IMG/VR virus record: IMGVR_UViG_3300028666_000023
Coordinates: 129,845-193,844 of that record
Reading direction: 5' to 3' (one strand)
DNA length: 64,000 nucleotides
Source of the DNA: a virus
Shown: in pieces, positions 18,010 through 26,440 of the stretch
Position numbering within the stretch: position 1 is the first letter of the stretch
Layout: each line of letters opens with the position of its first letter
The notes under the pieces: generated by a model
What the model saw: the letters and a program-made list of their open reading frames with translations, nothing else
What the model was told of the DNA's origin: nothing
Databases searched by the model: none
Position numbers and translations under genes: made by a program

Positions 18010-18576
18010 ATGAACTTCAAATCAACAGCACTTGTACTCTTCGGCATTCTCATCGCCTGCGGAAGCAGCGCCGTCGGGGGTACCGACGACGCCAAAGCAG
18101 ACAACCAGTGCACCTGCACCGGCGAAAAGGGAGCTCAAGGAGCGCCTGGTCTCGACGGCGCACAAGGCCCGGCGGGTGCGCCCGGCGCGGCAGGACCCGA
18201 GGGACCCCAAGGTCCGCAGGGACTTCAAGGAGCCGAGGGCCCGCAAGGGGTTCAAGGACCCCAAGGCGCGCAGGGTGCGGCCGGGAAGGACGGCACCATC
18301 ACTTCGAAGACCGCGCTCTACGCCGTGCAGAGCAGCGTGACCGTCCCCGCCAACAGCGGTGCGACGGTGAAGGCTGCGTGCAGCGACGCCAACGACATCC
18401 TTCTCAGCGGCAGCTGCTGGGGAGGTGGTTCGCTGGGGCAGAACCCGGTGGCCCAGAGCTACCCGGAGAACGTCGCGACGACGTCGCTCACGGCCGACTG
18501 GTACTGCGACGGCGTCAACGCGAGCTCGTCGAGCTTCCAGCTCACCGCCACGGCTGTCTGCGTGTCGGTCCCCTGA
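18010..18576 (+). CDS. Collagen-like lipoprotein
   Basis: Signal peptide with lipobox LIAC; about 19 Gly-X-Y triplets; Cys-containing C-terminal beta domain. Confidence 0.85.
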   Translation: MNFKSTALVLFGILIACGSSAVGGTDDAKADNQCTCTGEKGAQGAPGLDGAQGPAGAPGAAGPEGPQGPQGLQGAEGPQGVQGPQGAQGAAGKDGTITSKTALYAVQSSVTVPANSGATVKAACSDANDILLSGSCWGGGSLGQNPVAQSYPENVATTSLTADWYCDGVNASSSSFQLTATAVCVSVP

Positions 18577-18583
18577 AGGGGAG

Positions 18584-18612
18584 ACAAGAAGGGGAGGAGC
18601 CCTTCTTGTTTT
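18584..18612 (+). terminator. Rho-independent terminator
   Basis: ACAAGAAGGG/CCCTTCTTGT stem plus T-run. Confidence 0.75.
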
Positions 18613-18620
18613 AGCTACCA

Positions 18621-18660
18621 GCAAATTCGCCTGTGTCTCCAGGGATAAGAGCTTTGGAGG
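18621..18660 (+). promoter_or_regulatory. Conserved phage promoter motif, copy 3
   Basis: GCAAA-N16-GGGATAAG-N5-TGGAGG. Confidence 0.8.
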
Positions 18661-18667
18661 CTTCAAC

Positions 18668-18835
18668 ATGGAAAAGCAACGCCGAATGGACATCTTGCAA
18701 GTGATGAAGGAAGAAGAGTCGCGCGGAGGGATGCCGTATCATCAGACCAGGATGTGCCTGTCTGACGAGCTACCCGAGGGAGACTTCTTCGAGCTGCCAC
18801 GTCGGTGGGTCGACCCGCCGAAGGAGAAGAAGTGA
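18668..18835 (+). CDS. Small hypothetical protein
   Basis: ATG after GGAGG; MEKQRRMDILQ. Confidence 0.65.
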   Translation: MEKQRRMDILQVMKEEESRGGMPYHQTRMCLSDELPEGDFFELPRRWVDPPKEKK

Positions 18836-19083
18836 TGCGATTCAGGGACCAACTGAAGGATGACTTGATGCGACTGCCCGAGATCGAGAAGGCGATCAAG
18901 GAGTCGGCGCGTCACATCCTGCTGGTAAAGACGTTGGCCGATGCCGACCCCGCCGCGCCGAAGGGTGTGCGCGAGGGCCTCGAGGAGAACCTCGAAGAGC
19001 ACCGTCGGCAGCTCGCGGACATCCGTGAGATCCGCCGGCAGCTCCCCGAGAAGTACCTCGTAGGCAGCGGCGGCGACGCATGA
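18835..19083 (+). CDS. Hypothetical coiled-coil protein
   Basis: TGATG coupling. Confidence 0.65.
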   Translation: MRFRDQLKDDLMRLPEIEKAIKESARHILLVKTLADADPAAPKGVREGLEENLEEHRRQLADIREIRRQLPEKYLVGSGGDA

Positions 19084-19087
19084 AGTG

Positions 19088-19113
19088 GGGGTCCTCCGGG
19101 ACCCCTTCTTTTT
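19088..19113 (+). terminator. Rho-independent terminator
   Basis: GGGGTCC/GGACCCC stem plus TTCTTTTT. Confidence 0.8.
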
Positions 19114-19126
19114 AGCCTCCCATCCC

Positions 19127-19166
19127 GTAATTCCAGGCCTCCCGGCAGGAATAAGAAGGATGAAGG
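19127..19166 (+). promoter_or_regulatory. Conserved phage promoter motif, copy 4
   Basis: GTAAT-N16-GGAATAAG-N5-TGAAGG. Confidence 0.7.
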
Positions 19167-19175
19167 AGGCTACGT

Positions 19176-19475
19176 ATGTCAGACATCATCAAAGGCGAGA
19201 CACTCGCCAAGGGTCAGGTTGTTCTCATCCCGGTTGAAGTTCCCATGGCGTCAGGCCGGGTACTCGCAGGGTTCGTGTTCATCGCATCGCTCGGCATCCT
19301 GGGCGCGGCGGTGGCATACAATGCCGGTCGCGAGGACGGGCAGAACGAAGAGCGTCGCATCTTCGAGCGCGAGCTGCAGGCGCGCATGAAAGCAGTCGAG
19401 GAGAAAGCCGACGCTCGGGTGGAAGAAATCCGCCGCGAGCGCGGCAGTCCTAGGCAGCACGAGGCGCGGACGTGA
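19176..19475 (+). CDS. Single-TM protein with coiled coil
   Basis: Hydrophobic segment VLAGFVFIASLGILGAAVAY. Confidence 0.7.
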   Translation: MSDIIKGETLAKGQVVLIPVEVPMASGRVLAGFVFIASLGILGAAVAYNAGREDGQNEERRIFERELQARMKAVEEKADARVEEIRRERGSPRQHEART

Positions 19476-19747
19476 TCTTCATGGTCCTCGCCGCCGGCGC
19501 CCTCGTGGGCGTGGTGACGAAGCTGGCGGCACCGGTGCGAAAGCTCCGGGCCGCCACGGACATGATGGCGGGGTTGAAACGAGGGGAGATGAAGCAGCCG
19601 ATGCGTCTCGAGCTGCTGCTGTCCCTCGAGCAGTTCGACCGCCTCATGGGCGATCGCGAGGTGGAGCTCGCGTTCATCGAGATGTCCGCTCTCAGACGGA
19701 CGGGCGCAGTACCGGTCTGCCACGAGTGTGGCGGAGCCTGCGTGTGA
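19472..19747 (+). CDS. Hypothetical membrane-anchored protein
   Basis: GTGA overlap; N-terminal hydrophobic segment. Confidence 0.6.
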   Translation: MIFMVLAAGALVGVVTKLAAPVRKLRAATDMMAGLKRGEMKQPMRLELLLSLEQFDRLMGDREVELAFIEMSALRRTGAVPVCHECGGACV

Positions 19748-19898
19748 AACACGCGCGGGATCGAGGAACAAGAAAGATGTGGGGGTTCTACGGAGGCAAC
19801 GTGGAAGGAAAAGAACCGTCTCTCAAGCATTCACTTTTCAACGAGCTGCGGGAGGTCGGTCTGTCGCTGGAAACACCGGAGGCAGACACCCCGAGGCA

Positions 19899-19937
19899 GC
19901 AAAAACGCCACGGAAACAGGGATAAGAACACTGGAAG
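19899..19937 (+). promoter_or_regulatory. Conserved phage promoter motif, copy 5
   Basis: GCAAA-N15-GGGATAAG-N5-TGGAAG. Confidence 0.75.
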
Positions 19938-19989
19938 GAAAGTAGTTGTGCTTCCAACCAGGGAAAACAAACAGGAGGAATCAGTCATC

Positions 19990-20277
19990 ATGAACCAGCC
20001 CAGCACGAACGAGAACCAGCCGACGTCGACCTCGAGCATCGAGACGGCAGCGGCCAGGATCGGTGAGTCCCTGCAATCGGACATGACCCACGCGGTGCGC
20101 GAGATGCACACCCTGCGGCGTCGATTCGAAGAGCAGCACTCGCTGAAAGCGGAGTTGATCCGCGGTGGCGCCATGTTCGCCTTGATCACCGGTGCGGTGG
20201 TCGCGGGCGGCTTGGTCGTCAACAAAGTCATCACGCGCGGTCAGCCGGACTTCCCCGCCGGCAAACCGACGAAGTGA
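19990..20277 (+). CDS. Hypothetical protein with C-terminal TM
   Basis: ATG after AGGAGG; possible longer in-frame GTG start at 19801. Confidence 0.7.
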   Translation: MNQPSTNENQPTSTSSIETAAARIGESLQSDMTHAVREMHTLRRRFEEQHSLKAELIRGGAMFALITGAVVAGGLVVNKVITRGQPDFPAGKPTK

Positions 20278-20519
20278 CGGACAAGAAAGAGGCCGCTTCG
20301 CGGCGTGCCTCTTTCACTACATCCGGAGGCTCATCCAGAAGAACTACGTGAGAGCCATGCCATCACGCCTCCAGGCCTCTGACTCTCACTTCGCGCGCGC
20401 CCAGCCCCCTCAGTTTTCCACCCGGCTCCTTCCCGTGGTCTTTCCTGAGGGGGTCGGGCGCGTTTTTAGCTACCGGGCTGGGTCAGATGTTGTTGTCAAG
20501 ATCGTCATGTTCTTTTTAC

Positions 20520-20548
20520 TTGCAGTACTGATCCCCCGACCGTACTTT
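20520..20548 (+). promoter_or_regulatory. Sigma-70-type promoter
   Basis: TTGCAG-N17-TACTTT in an AT-rich gap. Confidence 0.55.
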
Positions 20549-20574
20549 TACCTCAAGAAGAAAGGAGCCCGCCC

Positions 20575-20859
20575 ATGTCTCTCGATCCCGTTCTGTTCGA
20601 CATCCCCCAGTTCGAGACTGCCAACGAGGCGGTCCTCTTCTGCTACGAGAAGATGCGCGAGTTCGACATGAAGTCGGAGATGAACCGCATCCGCGGCATG
20701 CTCCCCATCAACAAGCCGAGTCTCGCGCGCGCCGTTCTGCGCGAGCTGCTCTTGATGCGTCCGACCATCAAGCTGCGCGTCGTCGCCACGTACATGGACG
20801 TCGCGATCGGGGCGCTTCAACACGCTCTGTCGCAGCCGGTCTTCCTCGCCGCGAGCTGA
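20575..20859 (+). CDS. Hypothetical protein
   Basis: SD AAGGAG. Confidence 0.7.
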   Translation: MSLDPVLFDIPQFETANEAVLFCYEKMREFDMKSEMNRIRGMLPINKPSLARAVLRELLLMRPTIKLRVVATYMDVAIGALQHALSQPVFLAAS

Positions 20860-20882
20860 AACAGCCGCGTGCCGTGTCAGTA

Positions 20883-20921
20883 GCAAACCGGACAGCCTCC
20901 AAGGGATAAGAGTCTTGGAGA
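20883..20921 (+). promoter_or_regulatory. Conserved phage promoter motif, copy 6
   Basis: GCAAA-N15-GGGATAAG-N5-TGGAGA. Confidence 0.8.
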
Positions 20922-20950
20922 GGATTGATGCCTCTCCAGGAGGCTGCGAC

Positions 20951-21604
20951 ATGCATTGTTTCGAGCTTGGTCAGACAGTTCAGAAGGGACTGCTGCTTCA
21001 ACGCGATCCACACGCGTACATCACTACGCCCGAAGGGAGTTGCGCAACTCTCGTTCTGGCGAAGGACATCAGCGACCCTGCGGACCGCATCCCGAAGTAC
21101 ATCCAGTCCCCCCTACGTCTGAAGTTCGCCGAGATGGAGATCGGCAACGGCGTGATCGTCCTGAAGAGGGACTACCGTAGGCACCAGCGCCATCGGCACA
21201 AGGTGTCCGCGCTCGTGCGTGTGCATACGGCTGGAGGTGCGGGTGGGGTCGCGCGGCTCCTCGCGAGCTCATTCGACGAGATCGTGCTGGGCAGGAGTCC
21301 GAGGGAAGAAGTGGGCAGGAACTACCACAAGTTCCCGCCAGCGGGCGTCCACCCGTTCTGCGACAACGAGCATCTGAAGAAGGTGCGTGAAGGAGTGGAG
21401 ATTCTGGACGTGCTTATGCTTATGCAGCCTGGCGCAGGGTTCCGCATTCATCGAACTGGAGATTTGAAGGACCAGTTCGGGGAGAGCGAGAGCGCGCAGA
21501 TTGCAGTTCGATGGTCTGGGTACTCGATGACGGCGCGTGGTTACGACGACCGGATTCCTGTGCTCAATCCCTTGCCGGAGGCGCTGCCGGTGGCAGCAGA
21601 ATGA
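20951..21604 (+). CDS. Hypothetical protein
   Basis: ATG after AGGAGG. Confidence 0.7.
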   Translation: MHCFELGQTVQKGLLLQRDPHAYITTPEGSCATLVLAKDISDPADRIPKYIQSPLRLKFAEMEIGNGVIVLKRDYRRHQRHRHKVSALVRVHTAGGAGGVARLLASSFDEIVLGRSPREEVGRNYHKFPPAGVHPFCDNEHLKKVREGVEILDVLMLMQPGAGFRIHRTGDLKDQFGESESAQIAVRWSGYSMTARGYDDRIPVLNPLPEALPVAAE

Positions 21605-21975
21605 TTTTGGGAAGCGGCCTTACTCGAGGAGGCCGCTTCCTTTTTCTTAGCCTCTCTCGGCTTGCGCTCGGGAGAGAGCCCGTCGATCTTCTTGCCGATC
21701 TGCTCGAGGAGCGCGCTGATGGTGCGCCTGCACGGCTCACAGAGGTCGACGAACTCCACCTTGCGCGGTACGGCGGGGATGTGGTTCCCAGTTCCGATCG
21801 AACCCTCCTCGAGGATGAGCGCAGTGAAGGCGGGAGTCGGTATCGTGCCGGTCCACGTCTGCGGTTGGAGGTTCGTCACTCCACCGGCGACGGAGAAGCT
21901 CGGCTCGAAGATGGGCTTCTCCTCCACGCGCTTGCAGCGATCGCAGTGCACCTTCCGAACGTCTTGAGTCGTCAT
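21541..21975 (-). CDS. Zinc-binding hypothetical protein
   Basis: CDRC and DLCEPC motifs. Confidence 0.65.
   Translation of the reverse strand: MTTQDVRKVHCDRCKRVEEKPIFEPSFSVAGGVTNLQPQTWTGTIPTPAFTALILEEGSIGTGNHIPAVPRKVEFVDLCEPCRRTISALLEQIGKKIDGLSPERKPREAKKKEAASSSKAASQNHSAATGSASGKGLSTGIRSS
21610..21646 (+). terminator. Rho-independent terminator
   Basis: GGAAGCGGCCT/AGGCCGCTTCC stem plus T-run. Confidence 0.8.
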
Positions 21976-22151
21976 GTTCCTTCTCCTTCCACTCCTGGAA
22001 CCTTCGTTCTGTTCTTCTCGTGCATGAGGAAGTAACAGAAGGTCTTTACGATCGCGCGCTCCGGGCGCACGATGGGACCGTTGCCCCTCTGCTGGAACCA
22101 GGAGTCGAACTCTGCGATGAGTGAGTTGATCTTCTCTTCTTCTGTCGTCAT
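21972..22151 (-). CDS. Small hypothetical protein
   Basis: MTTEEEKINSLIAEFDSWF; GAGGAG upstream. Confidence 0.6.
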   Translation of the reverse strand: MTTEEEKINSLIAEFDSWFQQRGNGPIVRPERAIVKTFCYFLMHEKNRTKVPGVEGEGT

Positions 22152-22557
22152 GGACTCCTCGATTCGAAAGGCCTCAGCGGCCGACCTCGAGCGCCTCGTG
22201 GAACTCGAGGGGATGTTGTTCGACAACGCCCTCAGCGAGCGCCGCTTCGAGCTCGAGATGTCGCTCGGCGCCTGCTACGTGATCGGCACACCCGTCGTCG
22301 CTTACGCGCTCGTGCGCCCCGACGGTCCCGCGCTCCTCGACCTGATGCGCCTCGGCGTTCTGCCGACGCGACAGGGAGAAGGACTGGGGAAGAGACTCCT
22401 GCAGCATGTCCTCGCGCTCGGGAAGTCGGTCGTGCTCACCGTGCTCAAAGAGAACGCGCGGGCGCGCGCTCTCTACAAGGCACACGGGTTCAAGACCGTG
22501 GGCGTGTTACCCTCGGGGGTCGCGCTGGTGCAGCTTTGTCCATCGGCGAACGGGTGA
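22150..22557 (+). CDS. GNAT N-acetyltransferase (RimI-like)
   Basis: IRKASAADL, LGVLPTRQGEGLGKRLL (motif A), LTVLKENARARALYKAHGF (motif B). Confidence 0.85.
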   Translation: MDSSIRKASAADLERLVELEGMLFDNALSERRFELEMSLGACYVIGTPVVAYALVRPDGPALLDLMRLGVLPTRQGEGLGKRLLQHVLALGKSVVLTVLKENARARALYKAHGFKTVGVLPSGVALVQLCPSANG

Positions 22558-22723
22558 ACTGCGCGCCGCAGCCCTGGCACTGGTGGACTTCTTTGCCGTT
22601 GGGAAGACGGACGGGGATCGCGAGGCGCTGACACTTCATGCAGCGGATGCGGGCGACACCGCCCTCCTGCTGCTTGGTGATGACGTTGCCCTTGGCGTCG
22701 CGCGTGCCGCGGATGATTTTCAT
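22490..22723 (-). CDS. Small zinc-ribbon protein
   Basis: CMKC and CQGC. Confidence 0.6.
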   Translation of the reverse strand: MKIIRGTRDAKGNVITKQQEGGVARIRCMKCQRLAIPVRLPNGKEVHQCQGCGAQFTRSPMDKAAPARPPRVTRPRS

Positions 22724-23112
22724 GGCCCATCGCCTCCGAAGATGACCGGTGCGTCCTCGTCGGGCGACACGATGGTCTTTGTGGGGGGAGTCGGGGCGGC
22801 GGCTTGCTCTTCCTTCGCGCCGAGCTCCTTCAAGTACTGCTGCAAGTAGTAGCCGAAGTCGACCCGGCCGTCCTTGGATTCGACGAGGCCGTGACCGTGG
22901 CTGTGCAGCGTCGAGATGACCTCCTCGAGGACGTTCACCTTGATCTCCAACACCTTCATGGTGTCCGAGAAGATCTGCGTGTTCTTGTCGAGCGCAGACT
23001 CGAGCTTGCTGACTCGCCTACTCAGCGCCTCGATCTGGAGATCCTGATTGGTCTTGCGAGACCTTCTTTCGGCGCCGACGGCGCCGCGGTTCTTTTTCTT
23101 GCTCTCCGGCAT
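22720..23112 (-). CDS. Hypothetical coiled-coil protein
   Basis: Operon ORF. Confidence 0.65.
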   Translation of the reverse strand: MPESKKKNRGAVGAERRSRKTNQDLQIEALSRRVSKLESALDKNTQIFSDTMKVLEIKVNVLEEVISTLHSHGHGLVESKDGRVDFGYYLQQYLKELGAKEEQAAAPTPPTKTIVSPDEDAPVIFGGDGP

Positions 23113-23422
23113 TCTCCTGGTTCTCCGCTTTGTGTTCGAGGAAAGGTGGCTTCAACTGGGATGTCTCCACCCAGTGGAAGCGCTCCAACTGCCCGCGGAG
23201 AGATGCCTCCCACGCCTGCAGCTGCTCGAGCCTTTCCCTCAACGAGTCCTGCGTAACCTCACTCTCCATGCGAGAGAGGTACGCGCTGTGCAGCACTTCC
23301 TTCGGTGACGAACCATCGCTGACGAGGTCCGACAACGTCTTGCGCATCATCCACTCGACGAACTCGTGCTCCAACGCAAGGGAGCGAAAGGTTCGGGGGG
23401 TTGACTGTTGTTCTGCGCTCAT
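23018..23422 (-). CDS. Hypothetical protein
   Basis: Operon ORF; TATGCT upstream. Confidence 0.55.
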   Translation of the reverse strand: MSAEQQSTPRTFRSLALEHEFVEWMMRKTLSDLVSDGSSPKEVLHSAYLSRMESEVTQDSLRERLEQLQAWEASLRGQLERFHWVETSQLKPPFLEHKAENQENAGEQEKEPRRRRRRKKVSQDQSGSPDRGAE

Positions 23423-23441
23423 GGGCGTTTCCCAGCATACC

Positions 23442-24107
23442 TCAGGCCGTAAGGAGGGAGTAGAACCGTTTCTCGAGGTCGGCTCCGTTGGCCGTGTCCT
23501 TGATGATGTTCCTGAGCGGGTAGATGATCAAGTCCCGTTTCGTACGGACCTTCGCCAGCTGCTCTCCGCCCAGCTGACGCTGCTGCTCGAGCGTCGCGGC
23601 GACGCGGAGATCTTTACGCGGTTGCTTCACGTAGATGTCCGCCGAGTTCTTCAGACGCGCGAAGTACTTCACGAGGAGTTGCGCCCAGCCCTGCATCGTG
23701 AGAACCGCGAGCACCTCGCCGTGCACTTGATCTCCCTTCCACACGCGTTTGCAATCCGGGCAAACGAGATGGCCGTAGCCCTGCGAGCTGCCGCCGATGA
23801 TGCCGCTGCACGTGCCCATCTTGAGCTTCGTTGCCGGGCACTCGTAGACCTTCTCGTCACCGCCGCCGTGAAGCTTCGAGCCCGACTCCCAGAGGGAGAG
23901 AGCGCCAGGGAACGCCTTGTGAATGGAGCGGCGGTAGCTGAAGAAGAGCTCGATCTTGTACTTCGCGAGTCCTTGCGTCTCGAGGAGCTTGTCGAGCGCC
24001 GCCTTCGACTTCTCGAGTTTGTCCTTGTCCTCATCGCTGAGGACTGGGGCGTTCTCGATGGAGTTGTCCTCTCCCCACTTGATCTCGCTGGAAACCTTCG
24101 GCATCAC
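23442..24107 (-). CDS. Hypothetical protein with zinc ribbon
   Basis: YECP...C and CPDC. Confidence 0.7.
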   Translation of the reverse strand: MMPKVSSEIKWGEDNSIENAPVLSDEDKDKLEKSKAALDKLLETQGLAKYKIELFFSYRRSIHKAFPGALSLWESGSKLHGGGDEKVYECPATKLKMGTCSGIIGGSSQGYGHLVCPDCKRVWKGDQVHGEVLAVLTMQGWAQLLVKYFARLKNSADIYVKQPRKDLRVAATLEQQRQLGGEQLAKVRTKRDLIIYPLRNIIKDTANGADLEKRFYSLLTA

Positions 24108-24577
24108 CCACCCGCGTTCTTCTGTGCAACCGCCAGCGGTCCAACGGGAACCGAACCCGACGCGCCCGCGCCGCGCGCGCCGCCCGCGGTGCTGTTCCGA
24201 TGCGCCTTCGAACCAGGCATCGGCATCTCGGTCACCTCGGTGCGCGCCGTAGCCGGCGCCGTCTGGATGATGTTCACGACGTCGGCGAAGTACTGCGCGA
24301 CGTTCTCACCTTGGAGGATGATGCGCCAGCCGAAGACGAGCGGACTGTCTTCCGTCTTGATGAAGAAGTCCTTCGAGATGTCGATCGTCCACGGACGCCT
24401 GAAGGCTGCCTTGAGGAGGCGGTGCATCACGAGCTGCCAATTGCCCATGTTGCGGCCGTCGTTGCCAAGGCGGATGCGCCCCATGATGCGCAGGCGGTTC
24501 GGCTCCTCGGTCTCGATGACCATTTCGTAGCCGCACTTCTGGAAGAGGGCTTGGTAGATGTCGTTGCGCGTTGTCAT
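24104..24577 (-). CDS. Hypothetical protein
   Basis: Coupled ORF. Confidence 0.7.
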   Translation of the reverse strand: MTTRNDIYQALFQKCGYEMVIETEEPNRLRIMGRIRLGNDGRNMGNWQLVMHRLLKAAFRRPWTIDISKDFFIKTEDSPLVFGWRIILQGENVAQYFADVVNIIQTAPATARTEVTEMPMPGSKAHRNSTAGGARGAGASGSVPVGPLAVAQKNAGG

Positions 24578-25062
24578 GAGGGGGCTCCGGGCTCCTCGGT
24601 GGAGGCGTGACAGATCATGAAGGCCTTCGTCTCATCGAAGAAGAGCTCGCGTACGCGGTCGAAGAAGACGCGCACGCCAGCGCTCTGAAGGAACGAGCTG
24701 CCGTTGGTGAGCAACGCTTCGATCGATTCGCCGCGCCACGGGATGATGTATTCCCCGAGCTTGGTCTTACCGAACGTGACGTTGAAGTCCGTCACCACTC
24801 CCTCGTCTTCGACGTGCATGACGCCAGCGGTCGACGTCTCGAAGTACTGCTTGAGAGCGTCGAGGTCCGTCTCGCGAACCACGACGTAGCCCTCGCTCTC
24901 GATCGCCGTCGCAATGATCGTCGCGCACGTGTCGAGATCCTTCGGCTCTTCGGTCTCCGCGTCCGTGGGGATGACCGGGCTGAAGCGCTTCATCTCGGCG
25001 AGCGTCTCCTTGCTGATGAGACCGGTCTTGAGGACTGCTTCGATCATGGGCTTAGAGGACAT
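24574..25062 (-). CDS. Hypothetical protein
   Basis: Coupled ORF starting MSSKPM. Confidence 0.65.
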   Translation of the reverse strand: MSSKPMIEAVLKTGLISKETLAEMKRFSPVIPTDAETEEPKDLDTCATIIATAIESEGYVVVRETDLDALKQYFETSTAGVMHVEDEGVVTDFNVTFGKTKLGEYIIPWRGESIEALLTNGSSFLQSAGVRVFFDRVRELFFDETKAFMICHASTEEPGAPS

Positions 25063-25606
25063 TCGGTACCTGGGGGAGCTTGGGGATGCACAACTTGTAG
25101 GCTTTCTGCGTGTCGATGAGAGCCGCGTCTCTCGAGAAGCCCGCGCAGAGGATGAGCGTCTCGTCCTCGATGAGGCGGTCGCTCCAGAACGGAAGACCGA
25201 GCAGCGCGTCTCGATCAACGATGGAGCGCGACGTACTCTCTGCCATCCACGCCCAGACGTTCGAGTTCGGACTGCCGGCGAAGCCGCAGGGGTGGAGCTT
25301 GTCGTCGGAGGCGAGCGCGAAGAGCTGACAGAGCGCGACGGCTGCGTTGATCGACGGCGTCGGGAACTCCATCACGCGGCTGTTACGGATGACCGCGTAG
25401 GGCTCCAGCGTTTCGAAGTCCATCTGGAGCTCCTGCACTGGCGCGTCCTTCGGGGTGAAGAAGCGGTACGAGACTTCTCCCTTGCCGGAGATCTCAATCT
25501 TCTGCACGTTCGGCAGCTTCAAGATTGCGCGGATGGCGTGCAGGAAGCCGTCGAGCCCCGTCGACTTCGGGACTTCGATCTTCTCGTTGTGCTCCTGGTA
25601 ATCCAT
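25052..25606 (-). CDS. Hypothetical protein
   Basis: TGATG coupling, MDYQEH. Confidence 0.65.
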   Translation of the reverse strand: MDYQEHNEKIEVPKSTGLDGFLHAIRAILKLPNVQKIEISGKGEVSYRFFTPKDAPVQELQMDFETLEPYAVIRNSRVMEFPTPSINAAVALCQLFALASDDKLHPCGFAGSPNSNVWAWMAESTSRSIVDRDALLGLPFWSDRLIEDETLILCAGFSRDAALIDTQKAYKLCIPKLPQVPNVL

Positions 25607-25809
25607 CAAATCTGCTCCGGCTCTGGGATCGCCTCGTCCTCGAAGCGCAGCCCGTTTTGCACGTGCTCGCTGTTCTTCTCCCCCACGACCCACTCCGAAA
25701 GCAGCGACGCTACGACGGACGCGACGGAGACGCCTTTCTTCTTGGCGTACTTCTTCGCGTCCTCGAGCAGCGCTGCCTCGAGGCGGACGTTGAGGCGAGC
25801 GTCACGCAT
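25606..25809 (-). CDS. Ribbon-helix-helix DNA-binding protein
   Basis: RLNVRLEAALLEDAKKYAKKKGVSVASVVASLL. Confidence 0.75.
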   Translation of the reverse strand: MRDARLNVRLEAALLEDAKKYAKKKGVSVASVVASLLSEWVVGEKNSEHVQNGLRFEDEAIPEPEQI

Positions 25810-26059
25810 CTTGGACGAACTTCAGCGCATCGAGGTAGTCCCGCAACCCGGGGATGCCCCCGTACCTCTGGCAGAGGAAGTCGATGACCTCGTCGTGGGC
25901 CCAGTCCAACGTGTCATCGTCCATCGTCTTGCCGACGAGCTTGGGGCCCATGTGCTTCTCGATCTCCTTCTTGACGGTGGAGTCGAGCCCGATGAACGTC
26001 GGCGCCCACATGAAGTTGAACTCGACTTCGCCTGGGCCGGTGCGCGTGATGAGGCGCAT
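25802..26059 (-). CDS. Hypothetical protein
   Basis: TGATG coupling, MRLITR. Confidence 0.65.
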   Translation of the reverse strand: MRLITRTGPGEVEFNFMWAPTFIGLDSTVKKEIEKHMGPKLVGKTMDDDTLDWAHDEVIDFLCQRYGGIPGLRDYLDALKFVQDA

Positions 26060-26439
26060 CAGTGCGTCTCCTTCGACGTCGTTCCGAGGATGTTCTTCAC
26101 GAAGTCGGTTTCGAGAACCTGCGCTCGATCTTCGTCTCCGGGCTCGAGGCGAGCGCGGGGGGAAGGCGGGGTGCCACGCAGCTTCGGCAACGTAGTCGTG
26201 AGCCACCGGTCTTCGTGCGCCCCCCGCTCGGCTTCCGAAAGACGTTCCCACTGCTGGCGGCGGTACTCGAGAACAAGCGCGTGGACGCGCAGACCCACCC
26301 AAGCGAACGCGCGACGCCACCATGACTTGCGGAAAGCGGCTTCGTGTTTCTCCCGGAGCATGACGCGCATGCGATTCACCGCGGAGCTCAACTGCCGCGT
26401 GACCTCCGCCTCGATATACTGTCTCGTCTGATCGTCCAT
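26059..26439 (-). CDS. Hypothetical protein
   Basis: Operon ORF. Confidence 0.6.
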   Translation of the reverse strand: MDDQTRQYIEAEVTRQLSSAVNRMRVMLREKHEAAFRKSWWRRAFAWVGLRVHALVLEYRRQQWERLSEAERGAHEDRWLTTTLPKLRGTPPSPRARLEPGDEDRAQVLETDFVKNILGTTSKETH

Positions 26440-26440
26440 G

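Noticed and set aside
17569-21654. Integron attC array or CRISPR array
   Set aside because: No RYYYAAC/GTTRRRY boxes, no integrase or cas genes in the window, and the repeats are short motifs rather than identical direct repeats
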